Virus record (IMG/VR): IMGVR_UViG_3300046694_000136 | Coordinates: 124,001-188,000 of that record | Length of the DNA stretch: 64,000 nucleotides | Reading direction: 5' to 3' (one strand) | Shown here: positions 28,032-37,140 of the stretch, in pieces | Position numbering within the stretch: position 1 is the stretch's first letter | Layout: every line of letters begins with the position of its first letter | The notes under the pieces: generated by a model | Databases searched by the model: none | Seen by the model: only the letters and a program-made list of their open reading frames with translations | Told to the model about the DNA's origin: nothing | Made by a program: the position numbers and the translations under genes

Positions 28032-31000
28032 TTACGGTTTGAACGGCTGATATCCAGGATCGTTCTTACTAGGGTCCGTCCCATCTTTGTTGTCATCGTC
28101 CGCGCTAGCGTCCTTGTTAGCGTCGTCATCGTTAACAGGTGGTTCTTCGTCCTCTTCCTCTTCTTCCTCCTCACCGCCACCACCAGCTAGGGTGTCGTCG
28201 TCGACCAAAGCCGGATCATCAGTCAGAGCTGGATCTGCATCAGGATCAACAGGAGGGTTATCAATGCCATCACCGTTGGTCAGACTATCGTCAGGTTCTG
28301 CTTGGCCAGTGGTTTTATCCTTGGCTTGAAGCAGGTCTTGCTTAGACTTCTCGATATTCTTCCAATGCTTCTTGAGAACAGCCACGTCGGCCTTATCCAT
28401 ACCAACCATCATGGCAGCCAAGAACTCACCAGTGTTCTGGTGTTGCTGAACTACTTCGTTCACCAGAGACGCCAAGCCACCACCTTCACCACCCGCCAAT
28501 ACATCATCAAACGGCATTGGTAGGTTGTACTTGATGTAAGCCTGTCTGAGGAATACAGACTGGATCTGACCTTTCAGCTTAGCAAGGCTGTGCGGGTCAA
28601 TGTCTTCCTCAGGACTACCATCGTCGCCCTTAATGAAGCCCAGTAGTTTACCAACGTGAGACAACGTCCCGTTACCACCTGCCATGTCCATCCAGTTCTT
28701 AACCAGCTCATTAACCACCTGAAGGCTGTCTTTGATCTTGTTAGTGGTTTCAATACTGGTAGGAGTAGGAAGCTTGCAGATAACGTTACTGATGAAGTCA
28801 GCCAGAATTAGGTTGATCTGCTGTTGCTCGTTACCTTCCAATGTTTGACCACTGTCAGGTTTCCAAAGCTTCTTCTGTTCACGGATCTTGGCAATCAAGT
28901 CTTTCAGCAGCGGTGCGTTGACATACGCGTGCTTACGCTGGAAGTCAGCGAGGAACCCACCCAACTCAGCCTGATAGCTAACCACCTGGTTCAACAACAT
29001 CTGGTGCTCGGCCAAAGCCTCGATCTGGAAGTTGTTCTGATCGTCAGAGATATCCAGCCAGCTCTTTTGAAGTTGGAGGTAACTGGCGATCTTGTTCAAC
29101 AGTTCATTACGACTGTTTTGGTCAACCCCAGGGAAGTTGTTACGATCCATGTGGTCAATCTGAACATCGTGACCCGGGAAGTACGGGTTCTCACCCGGAT
29201 CTACCTTAACGGTCAACGACGCTTCCCGTAGGGAGTCAATCATCTGCGGAACAGACAACTGAGTCATCATCAGGATGTTGTGAACAGTCGGGTTAGCTTC
29301 AAAGAACGTGTTACGCGCGTTAGCGATGTCAGCCATCGGTTCAGGAGCGTTAGCGTTCAGACGAACAGTCATCATGGAGTGAGGGGTTGCCTTCTCCAAG
29401 TTAGACAGAGTGTCAGCCAAATCAAACATTGCCAGTCGAGTGATATGTGACTTCGCCATGTTCACCAAGGATTGACCGATGCCCAAGCGGTTGAAGTTCA
29501 ACGCCATGTAGGTGAGAGCCTCTCCAGGGATGTACAGACAACGAACGCCTTGACCACGGAACATGCGCTGCAAGAAGATCTTGTTGACCTCCTCGTCGAT
29601 CTCAATGCTGATGTTGTCACCATTACCACCCAACACCGACGCACTGAATGCACGGATAAGGTTAGCTTTAGAGACTTCAGCAAACTCACGCATGTCGAAA
29701 TCACATTCCTTACCTTCCTGCACCTTACGCAAGTTCTGGATAAGGCTGTTCATGCTACCGTTCTTAGCTGGAGCGCCTGACTTCTCCTTGTTAGCACCGA
29801 TCGACTGGTAGAACTCGAAGTCGTTGGTGTTCTTCAGGAAACTGCCATCTTCAGTATCCAGCAACGCGATGTAGTCAGGAGCAGTACGTCCATTACCGCC
29901 GTTGAAGTGGATAGGGATCAAACACTCACTCGGCAAGTGGAACGTCAGACCACGACCGTACGGAGCAGTATCCAGAGCACCGCTAGGCTTAACGTACTGA
30001 ATGAACTGCGACGCAATATTCCGGCTACGGAACATCTGGGCGCTGACTTGCTCGATCTGACCTTCGCTCAAGTTCTGAGTCTTAGGTGAGGACGCGGCAG
30101 TCTTACCCTTAGTGACGTTACCCTTCTGTCCACCGGCTGTGGTGTCTTTCTTTTCAGGTTTCTTCGGGGAGGTGTCTGCTTCTTCAGGTTTGTCTTTGAA
30201 AGACTCACCAATCAACAGATCCAAGCTCTCGAAACCAGAGACTTGCTTAACCCGTTCATCACGACGACCAGCACTGATCTTCTGAAGGAACAGAGCAGAA
30301 GGGTTATCCGTGAAAGTGATGTTGATCAGCTTCTCAGGGTCTTCTGCGTCACTGAACAGACGGAACTCGTCACCAGCATAGCTCGGACCTTTACCGAAGA
30401 TGCTTTCAATACCCGAAACCTGCTGATGGGACTCATGAGGGTTCTTAATGAAAGCGCCCTTGTTCTTCAGCAGAACTTTCTTATCGGTAGTGATTGTGAA
30501 CTCTTTGCTGAACTCTTCCTGAGCCTGACCGATGAAACTCTCAACACCAGCTACTCCTGCTTCCCGCAGTTGACTACCGTTGATCAGGTAATCCAGACCC
30601 GGGCGGCTCAAGTTAAACAGTGCGTAACTCCCCGTATTAATGAGAAGATCGCTCACTATTTTCTTCAAATCCCCCTCGATCTTATAGCCGTTAGTGTAAT
30701 AGGCGTCCCAGATGGCCACCAATTCCGTATGCAATTTTGCACTTTTGTATGGTGACGACTGGGTGTCATAACTGAGGATTTTGTCCTGCCGACCATTGGG
30801 GTACAGCAGCATTGTCTGCCAGATGGTTTCGGCTTTCCCGATGTACGGGGTGATGGCCCTGAGGTCAGTCGCGGCGTTGATGTTGTTGCTGATGATGCTA
30901 CTCAGCTTCTCCAACTTGAACTGACTGATCCCTTTATCGGATTTGCCGGTAAGCTCATCCCGTTCAGGAGTACGAGCGTTCTTAGGAACAGCGCGAGCCA

Positions 31001-31103
31001 GAGTGGAAGCCAACACGGGGTTTACAGTTTTCAGATCTGCCCGGATCCTGGACAGGTCAATGTTGCTATTGCCGATCGTCAGATCTTTTGTATGTCTATT
31101 CAC
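28032..31103 (-). CDS. Probable portal protein (phiKZ gp129-like) with a long acidic C-terminal tail
   Basis: About 1020 aa; GTG 31103 with GAAGGGG RBS (TTG 31127 is an alternative). Has VAGVES/VSGIES/VSGFES processing sites, so it is head-located. Divergent from a gp128-like gene. Assignment from recall. Confidence 0.6.
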   Translation of the reverse strand: MNRHTKDLTIGNSNIDLSRIRADLKTVNPVLASTLARAVPKNARTPERDELTGKSDKGISQFKLEKLSSIISNNINAATDLRAITPYIGKAETIWQTMLLYPNGRQDKILSYDTQSSPYKSAKLHTELVAIWDAYYTNGYKIEGDLKKIVSDLLINTGSYALFNLSRPGLDYLINGSQLREAGVAGVESFIGQAQEEFSKEFTITTDKKVLLKNKGAFIKNPHESHQQVSGIESIFGKGPSYAGDEFRLFSDAEDPEKLINITFTDNPSALFLQKISAGRRDERVKQVSGFESLDLLIGESFKDKPEEADTSPKKPEKKDTTAGGQKGNVTKGKTAASSPKTQNLSEGQIEQVSAQMFRSRNIASQFIQYVKPSGALDTAPYGRGLTFHLPSECLIPIHFNGGNGRTAPDYIALLDTEDGSFLKNTNDFEFYQSIGANKEKSGAPAKNGSMNSLIQNLRKVQEGKECDFDMREFAEVSKANLIRAFSASVLGGNGDNISIEIDEEVNKIFLQRMFRGQGVRCLYIPGEALTYMALNFNRLGIGQSLVNMAKSHITRLAMFDLADTLSNLEKATPHSMMTVRLNANAPEPMADIANARNTFFEANPTVHNILMMTQLSVPQMIDSLREASLTVKVDPGENPYFPGHDVQIDHMDRNNFPGVDQNSRNELLNKIASYLQLQKSWLDISDDQNNFQIEALAEHQMLLNQVVSYQAELGGFLADFQRKHAYVNAPLLKDLIAKIREQKKLWKPDSGQTLEGNEQQQINLILADFISNVICKLPTPTSIETTNKIKDSLQVVNELVKNWMDMAGGNGTLSHVGKLLGFIKGDDGSPEEDIDPHSLAKLKGQIQSVFLRQAYIKYNLPMPFDDVLAGGEGGGLASLVNEVVQQHQNTGEFLAAMMVGMDKADVAVLKKHWKNIEKSKQDLLQAKDKTTGQAEPDDSLTNGDGIDNPPVDPDADPALTDDPALVDDDTLAGGGGEEEEEEEDEEPPVNDDDANKDASADDDNKDGTDPSKNDPGYQPFKP

Positions 31104-31129
31104 GACATTAAACCCCTTCGAGTCCAATT

Positions 31130-33406
31130 ATGGAAAATATTGAATTTGATGAATACGTAAGGGATACTCTAAGTTTAGTCCGGACCTTGGTTGTCAAGAT
31201 CGAGGCGGTAGCCCTTAGGGAAAACAGTGTCCTGGAAGCTGCTGGTTTTTTCGTCACTAATGACAAGAAGACCTGGCGGTACTATATGAACTTGAACGGG
31301 GACTATCACCCAACTGATGTGCCGATGTGGATTAACTCCATTGACACGGGTGAGGACATCCTCTTTGATAAAGCAAACATGGCTTTTCACATTGCCACGT
31401 TTCGGGAATACTCCAAAGGCGGGTACTGGTTTAAACGGATCAGCGACGCCTATCCAGGCCAAGTGGAACTGATCAAAGGGATCTTGAAACCGATCCCATA
31501 CGAAACAACCATACCGGCTGAGAACTATAAAATCCTGAGCTACAATAAAAACCTAGTACTGTGGAACGAGGATCACCTGATTCCCCACCTCCAGCAGTTC
31601 ATCTACGGTATTGTTCCTCAGTTGTTCAACCACGAATACATCTACACCGATAACCTGATGTTGCCGGTTACGGGGGTAATGACCCTCTACGAAGCAATCC
31701 TCATGGAAATCGGGACCGTTCGTCATGAGTCCATCGGGAGCCGTCATGCTCACGATTTCTACATCTGGGCTCGTGTGGATTCGTACGGTGAGTTCTCTAA
31801 GTACAAAGCCAGTCTGACCAAGACTCAGATCATGTGGATGTATGACAACATCTCATGGCTCGATAACAACCCAGGCGCGCAGTACGCTTTCAGCTTTATG
31901 CTGAAGAACTTGTTGTCCGATGCAGATATCCCGCTGGCTGAGTTCAGCATGGTGCAAAACACCAAGACTCAGCTGGTCGATCTGACACCTACCCCGCTGT
32001 ACCGTAAGCTCAACCTTAACCTGCAAGATAAGTACGGTCTGGAACCGTCCTATATCACCACGCAGCAGATGATCCTCAAAGAACAGGTGTTGGCTAAGGA
32101 TAACTACGACCAGTCTGCCATATGGAACGACCACGCCCTCAGGAAGGCTACTCAGAGTTTGCACTCAGAGCTTCCGACCAAGGTGCTGGAATCCAAAATG
32201 ATGGACTACACCAACCGGCACATCAACACGAAGATGTCGGTGACGTTCAACAACTGGATCTATCTGGCTGGTAAAGGTTACTACCAAGGCAAGATCTTGG
32301 TTCGTGACCCTAAGACTGGTAAAGACGTTCGTTTGGCAGTAGGGGATGCTTACCACATCTGGCGTCACTTGACCAACATTGCAGGCGGTCGGGAACAGAC
32401 GTACATCTGTGGCGCGTATTACCAAAACGTTATGAAAGCAGTTCCTCCGACATTGGATGAATTGATTCAGGTGGGTGGTAAGTATTTCATTCCGGTCTAC
32501 ATGGCCTTTGATATTCGTGCGTTGTGGGTTCCTCGTCAGATCTTCGTGTCTCCTGAGTTCTTGATGGAGCAGTCTGACGAAATCTATAACGTCATGTGGA
32601 AACACACAAAGCTGTACAGTCAGTTCTATGATCTCAACAAGCGCGCCAGAGTGCGTAACACCACGGAGTTGATGTACGAGTCAGGGTTTGTTGAACTGAC
32701 GACTGCAACCACCTACGAGGAGCTCCTAGACCGTTATGAGATGGATGTCAGCGACCATTCGCCAGAGGAAGCCCAATATTTCGCTTGGGAGATCTTCAAA
32801 CGAGTAACAGGTTGGGATACCAGCTCTAATCCGTCACTGCGTATTCGTCAAAACGCTTTGATTGATATCATGATGCAGTTGTCCTCTTACACGATCCAAG
32901 TCGTGAAGGAAATGGATGACGGTCAGGACATCACGGAACTCCCTAACGAGATGTTCGTAGGGGATCCCCGCTGGACGGGTCCGGGTAATGAATCGGATGC
33001 AGACTTCTCCAATGTGGGTATTGGGGAACCAACTCACATGGACACGACGTATGAGATGGATTACACCATCGCCTTACCACTGCCCGATGAGTTCAAGACC
33101 AACGCTGAAGCGGATATGCTTATTGAGATCCCTACAGTTGAAGGTATTGTTCCGGTCGACCTAGAACCAGACTTGATGTATTACGCTGTCCGCATTCCAG
33201 ACACGTCGTATATCAGACGTTTGCCAGACCCTATCCCAGATCTCCCTGAAACGGATTATGGGCGTTTGGTATGGCCTAAGCGGGAAGCCGGGAAGACTAT
33301 TCCGGAAACGGACTACGGTCGTCTACAGTGGCCGTCTCAGGAACCGACTGCCATTATCCCTGACACTGATTACGGTCGCCTAGCGTGGCCTGATGAGACA
33401 CCATGA
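31130..33406 (+). CDS. Virion structural protein (phiKZ gp128-like) with three C-terminal repeats
   Basis: 'TWRYYMNLNGDYH' N-terminal signature recalled from this family; 758 aa. Confidence 0.7.
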   Translation: MENIEFDEYVRDTLSLVRTLVVKIEAVALRENSVLEAAGFFVTNDKKTWRYYMNLNGDYHPTDVPMWINSIDTGEDILFDKANMAFHIATFREYSKGGYWFKRISDAYPGQVELIKGILKPIPYETTIPAENYKILSYNKNLVLWNEDHLIPHLQQFIYGIVPQLFNHEYIYTDNLMLPVTGVMTLYEAILMEIGTVRHESIGSRHAHDFYIWARVDSYGEFSKYKASLTKTQIMWMYDNISWLDNNPGAQYAFSFMLKNLLSDADIPLAEFSMVQNTKTQLVDLTPTPLYRKLNLNLQDKYGLEPSYITTQQMILKEQVLAKDNYDQSAIWNDHALRKATQSLHSELPTKVLESKMMDYTNRHINTKMSVTFNNWIYLAGKGYYQGKILVRDPKTGKDVRLAVGDAYHIWRHLTNIAGGREQTYICGAYYQNVMKAVPPTLDELIQVGGKYFIPVYMAFDIRALWVPRQIFVSPEFLMEQSDEIYNVMWKHTKLYSQFYDLNKRARVRNTTELMYESGFVELTTATTYEELLDRYEMDVSDHSPEEAQYFAWEIFKRVTGWDTSSNPSLRIRQNALIDIMMQLSSYTIQVVKEMDDGQDITELPNEMFVGDPRWTGPGNESDADFSNVGIGEPTHMDTTYEMDYTIALPLPDEFKTNAEADMLIEIPTVEGIVPVDLEPDLMYYAVRIPDTSYIRRLPDPIPDLPETDYGRLVWPKREAGKTIPETDYGRLQWPSQEPTAIIPDTDYGRLAWPDETP
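33242..33391 (+). repeat. 3 x 57-nt-period coding repeat, [IL]P[ED]TDYGRLxWP
   Basis: Units start at 33242, 33299 and 33356. The DNA has diverged synonymously while the peptide is conserved. Confidence 0.9.
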
Positions 33407-33804
33407 TGAGCAAAGCACTCGATTGGGTTAGACGTGATTACTGTAGGGTAAACAACATGCCGTTGAACCCGGCGTTGGTAGTCGTTCAATATGGAAGGGA
33501 TTCCAACGACGACTTCCAGTTTGGTGTTAGTGGACCCGGTTATCCAATGACTGGGTTTACCCTGCCACGTATCAGTCTTAAACCTTATACCAGCTTCGTC
33601 CCTTTAACTTTGGATCGAGAGTGGAAAGATAAACCCGACCAGCTCACCAAAGAAACCCTGTGCCGTTGGTTCAACAGCAAAACGGGGTTGGGATTAATCC
33701 CGGATGACATCGGTACCATCCTGACTAATCAGGAGCGAGTTACCATTGTTAGTTCGGTAAATTCTATGCGTTTTAAACACACCTTTTCCATGCGATTTAA
33801 ATAA
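33403..33804 (+). CDS. Small virion protein
   Basis: Coupled to the upstream gene; 133 aa. Confidence 0.65.
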   Translation: MMSKALDWVRRDYCRVNNMPLNPALVVVQYGRDSNDDFQFGVSGPGYPMTGFTLPRISLKPYTSFVPLTLDREWKDKPDQLTKETLCRWFNSKTGLGLIPDDIGTILTNQERVTIVSSVNSMRFKHTFSMRFK

Positions 33805-33816
33805 GGAATCTTTGTT

Positions 33817-34764
33817 ATGGGTCTCAGTGCCAACGATACAGCAGACTTGAACCGTTCCGAGATCCCTGCTCAGGCGGTCGCGAACACCTCGATCGGCTAT
33901 ACTCTCAACAAGTGCATCTCCACCGGTCAAGCCTTTACCGTTCCTCGCTGGACCACCTTGAATGAAAACTACAAGGTGTTGGCTGAAGAAAGTCTGGGTG
34001 AGAAGAACAGTCGTGACTTCTACCTCAAATACTTCGGCGTGGGTGTGCGTGGTTCCAACTGTGTAGGTCAAGACAGCCGTGGTGTTTCCAAATACCAGGT
34101 TAACCAACACCAGCCGATCGATGCCAACCTCTTCACGGCGATTCCGTTCATTGCTCGTCCGGAAACCGAAGACTTGGACAGCTTCAACCGCGCCAAGTAC
34201 CGGATGCGTACCACTGAAGAACGCAACGGCATCAACTACGTGTTCTATTGGCTGAAGCTGATCGACTTCTCCCGTTACAACCCACACGAAGTGGAAGTGT
34301 CTCGTGACCCGATCACCGGTGAAGAGAAGACCAACCCGTATACCCACACTGAAGACAACCTGAAGAACCCTCAACCGGTTCCGCTGACCAGCGAAGGGAC
34401 TGTACCTATCAGCGACGTCTACGTGAACAGTTCGGCTATCTTGGACTGCACACTGTACACCGCTGATTTGCGTGAGATGTCACTGGCATGCAAAATCTAT
34501 TACAACGACGCCAGTTACGCTTCGATCAACGAAGTGGGTGTGGCTTACGGTATCGACGTTGAACATCGTGGCGGTATCGGTGGTTCGGGTTCTATCCAGT
34601 ACACCGAAGTGGCCAGCGCTATCTTCGCTCACTACATCAGTGAACGTGATGGTCGTAACGCCCTGACCAACACCCGCATCAACGCCGCTCTCGACCACGG
34701 TGCCAGTGCTCCAATGCTGATCCATACCGTAGCGAACTCCTCGGCGATGGGTCAAGGTAACTAA
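33817..34764 (+). CDS. Conserved virion (baseplate/tail) protein
   Basis: AAGGA RBS; 'YFGVG...HQPIDANLF..IPFIARP' block typical of phiKZ-family structural proteins (recall). Confidence 0.65.
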   Translation: MGLSANDTADLNRSEIPAQAVANTSIGYTLNKCISTGQAFTVPRWTTLNENYKVLAEESLGEKNSRDFYLKYFGVGVRGSNCVGQDSRGVSKYQVNQHQPIDANLFTAIPFIARPETEDLDSFNRAKYRMRTTEERNGINYVFYWLKLIDFSRYNPHEVEVSRDPITGEEKTNPYTHTEDNLKNPQPVPLTSEGTVPISDVYVNSSAILDCTLYTADLREMSLACKIYYNDASYASINEVGVAYGIDVEHRGGIGGSGSIQYTEVASAIFAHYISERDGRNALTNTRINAALDHGASAPMLIHTVANSSAMGQGN

Positions 34765-34766
34765 GC

Positions 34767-35369
34767 ATGGAGATACCAGCCATCCTTAAAGGAGAACCGC
34801 ACCTCCCGTTGACTGCAATGATGACCTTATCCGAAGCACTGCCTTTGGCTAACGCGTTCTATCAGACCAGCCTCAGCATGGAGCAGTTCTCCGAGGCCCA
34901 GGCCTTCGAGGGCCCTAGTGGTCCTTTGGTATTGGAAGCCCGCTCTATCGAGACCGGGGAAGTACTGATCCGTTTCGTTAATCAGAACATTAATGTACCG
35001 CAAGTAGTGCAGCGTGTTGCACTGAGTAACCCCCTCGCTCACGATAGCCAGTGGCTGGGTCCTCTCGTTGTCGTTGACAACAGCGCTGAGCTTGCGTTCC
35101 TGGACGAATTAGGTTCAGGCAACATCTACTCCACCCTTTGCGACAATACCCTCGCCTGGAAGCTTGCAACGCTCCTGAACGAGTACAACGCAGTAGGGCA
35201 TTGGCGAGCCAGTACTTTCGCTGAATACAGTGCAGCTGGCTTTGAGCTGGTTTACAAGGGACCGTCCACTGATGCACCTGAGGAATACCTAGTCGGGGAT
35301 TCTGATATGGTGGCTATCCTCAGGTTCCACCACGGTATCAATAAAGGAATGCTTTGTTTGAAATCTTAA
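34767..35369 (+). CDS. Hypothetical/virion protein
   Basis: Lies in the operon; 200 aa. Confidence 0.65.
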   Translation: MEIPAILKGEPHLPLTAMMTLSEALPLANAFYQTSLSMEQFSEAQAFEGPSGPLVLEARSIETGEVLIRFVNQNINVPQVVQRVALSNPLAHDSQWLGPLVVVDNSAELAFLDELGSGNIYSTLCDNTLAWKLATLLNEYNAVGHWRASTFAEYSAAGFELVYKGPSTDAPEEYLVGDSDMVAILRFHHGINKGMLCLKS

Positions 35370-35965
35370 AATCCCCCGACTGTGCACGAGTCATTTCGTT
35401 AGACCAATCGACTTCGTGCACGGGGGTGAGTGTCTTTGATGTCAACCTCAGAAAGCCGGAGCCGATTAAGCTTCTGTATATGAACACCATTTTTGGTGAC
35501 AAGTTGCTCTACGACATTCCCGATCAGTACAACGATTTGGCTAGTACTAAGGTTCTTGCTCGTAGCTGGGCTATGGCTCGGTCTGTCAACATGCTGATAC
35601 AGGTGTTTGAGCCAGACATGGGGATCGGTGAAGATAACTTCCTCGGTCTTTCTCCAGAGACGTTTAAGAACCTGATTAAGTTGACAGAGATTCTGCGGAG
35701 CCCGTTTGTTGAGAATGGTGTACACCTTTCCCTCGTCCTTCCCCGGTTGGCTAAGTCGATTGTTGGGGCTGACTTTAAAGGGAGTACAAAGGACGATGTG
35801 CGCATTGGTCTCATGAACTACCCGCACTTGGATGCAAATGGGATTGATCTCTCCATCGTTGACGAACACAGTTCCGACAGTGGCGCTATTGGACTTTGGC
35901 GATGTGAGAAGTTGGCCCGAGACCATGGAGTATTTATCGGTGACCAATCCTTCGCAACAAAATGA
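35354..35965 (+). CDS. ruvC: RuvC-like Holliday junction resolvase
   Basis: VISLDQSTSCTG (Asp I), GED (Glu II), 'STKDDV' and DEHSSD (Asp III/IV). Confidence 0.8.
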   Translation: MFEILKSPDCARVISLDQSTSCTGVSVFDVNLRKPEPIKLLYMNTIFGDKLLYDIPDQYNDLASTKVLARSWAMARSVNMLIQVFEPDMGIGEDNFLGLSPETFKNLIKLTEILRSPFVENGVHLSLVLPRLAKSIVGADFKGSTKDDVRIGLMNYPHLDANGIDLSIVDEHSSDSGAIGLWRCEKLARDHGVFIGDQSFATK

Positions 35966-36335
35966 AACAGTATTGAGTGATGATGACAGTTCGGTAACGC
36001 CTACCCCGCCTGTTGGGATGGAAAGAGAAGTACTGGGCAAGTGGACGGTCAACCTGCGCAACATCGGGGGGATCGTCGCGGTGTTCGTCGTGAGTATCAT
36101 GGGGGTGTTCAACTCTTACACCATCCATGTCTCCGTTAGCACGAACAACACTTGGCCCAGCGAGATGTCAATGTTCATCATGGTTGTCGGTCCAGTGGTT
36201 GTGGCGTGGCAGTTCATGAACGTCAGTAAGACCTTGAATACCATCTTCCAAGGTGCAGGGGATTTCACTAAGCTACGTGAACGCGCAGCCAAAATGATTG
36301 CCCCTACTCCTAAAGACGATTCGAGACAGGAATAA
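35925..36335 (+). CDS. Two-TM membrane protein, holin/antiholin candidate
   Basis: Two hydrophobic helices and a charged C-terminus. Start is ATG 35925 or GTG 35940. Converges on the spanin pair. Confidence 0.5.
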   Translation: MEYLSVTNPSQQNETVLSDDDSSVTPTPPVGMEREVLGKWTVNLRNIGGIVAVFVVSIMGVFNSYTIHVSVSTNNTWPSEMSMFIMVVGPVVVAWQFMNVSKTLNTIFQGAGDFTKLRERAAKMIAPTPKDDSRQE

Positions 36336-36346
36336 AAGACAGCATC

Positions 36347-36379
36347 TACCCTACCCAGCCTTATGGGCTGGGTAGGGTA
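36347..36379. terminator. Bidirectional terminator
   Basis: TACCCTACCCAGCC-ttatg-GGCTGGGTAGGGTA. Confidence 0.85.
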
Positions 36380-36392
36380 TTTGTCTGCATAT

Positions 36393-36875
36393 CTATCGCT
36401 TGTCGCTTGTGTCGCTCGGTAAGGCATCTACCAAATCATTGATGGTCTGAACCAACTGCGTGACCGTACGTTGCCCGACGTAGACGGTCGTGTTGGCATC
36501 ATCCAATCTCCGAGTAGTGTTGATTAACAAGACACGAGTGACCCGGTAGCAGGCTTCCTTTGACTCTTTGCTAAGCTGCGGGTCCGTGCAGTCATTTTGC
36601 TCTAGATAAGCAGCGAGTTTACTTAGCAGGTTTGGGGGAGGTACCGTCGCTGTGGTCAGGAGCTCCGGCGGGACTTCTGTTAACTTTGTTCGCAGGCTGA
36701 CCATTTGTTTCTTGTACAGTTGGATTTGCACCTGCTCGGCCTTCACCTCGAGGTACGTTGCCCCCTCCGTAACCGTCGGACTGCTCGAGCATGCTGTTAA
36801 CATACTCATTGTAAGGATCATTAGCATCGAGACCATAGCGCCCCAAAAGCTGTTTGTGCAGCATGCTGATTTCAT
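36393..36875 (-). CDS. Outer-membrane lipoprotein, o-spanin (Rz1-like) candidate
   Basis: AGGAAG RBS; signal peptide ending in lipobox LTA-C; Pro-rich segment; overlaps the i-spanin candidate in another frame. Confidence 0.65.
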   Translation of the reverse strand: MKSACCTNSFWGAMVSMLMILTMSMLTACSSSPTVTEGATYLEVKAEQVQIQLYKKQMVSLRTKLTEVPPELLTTATVPPPNLLSKLAAYLEQNDCTDPQLSKESKEACYRVTRVLLINTTRRLDDANTTVYVGQRTVTQLVQTINDLVDALPSDTSDKR

Positions 36876-37107
36876 TACGACTTCCTTGCGCTTGCGCTAA
36901 AAGAACTTCGTGGAGTTCAGTGGTCGACTTGGAGATTTTCTCCCAGTTGGCCGCGGATTGTTTCATGCTTTCGGCAACCTGGGTGATGCCCTGCATGCTT
37001 TCGGCTGACAAGTTTGTCTGTCGCGGCCAAAGAGTCTGCAAGAGCATCAGTCCCAATACCGCCAGTAGCAACGATATGATGATGGTTACCTTAAATCCGT
37101 CCTTCAT
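36619..37107 (-). CDS. Inner-membrane i-spanin (Rz-like) candidate
   Basis: ATG 37107 with GAAGGGG RBS; one N-terminal TM followed by a coiled coil. Confidence 0.6.
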   Translation of the reverse strand: MKDGFKVTIIISLLLAVLGLMLLQTLWPRQTNLSAESMQGITQVAESMKQSAANWEKISKSTTELHEVLLAQAQGSRNEISMLHKQLLGRYGLDANDPYNEYVNSMLEQSDGYGGGNVPRGEGRAGANPTVQETNGQPANKVNRSPAGAPDHSDGTSPKPAK

Positions 37108-37140
37108 ACCACTATCCCCTTCATCGCTATTCGCCATGAG

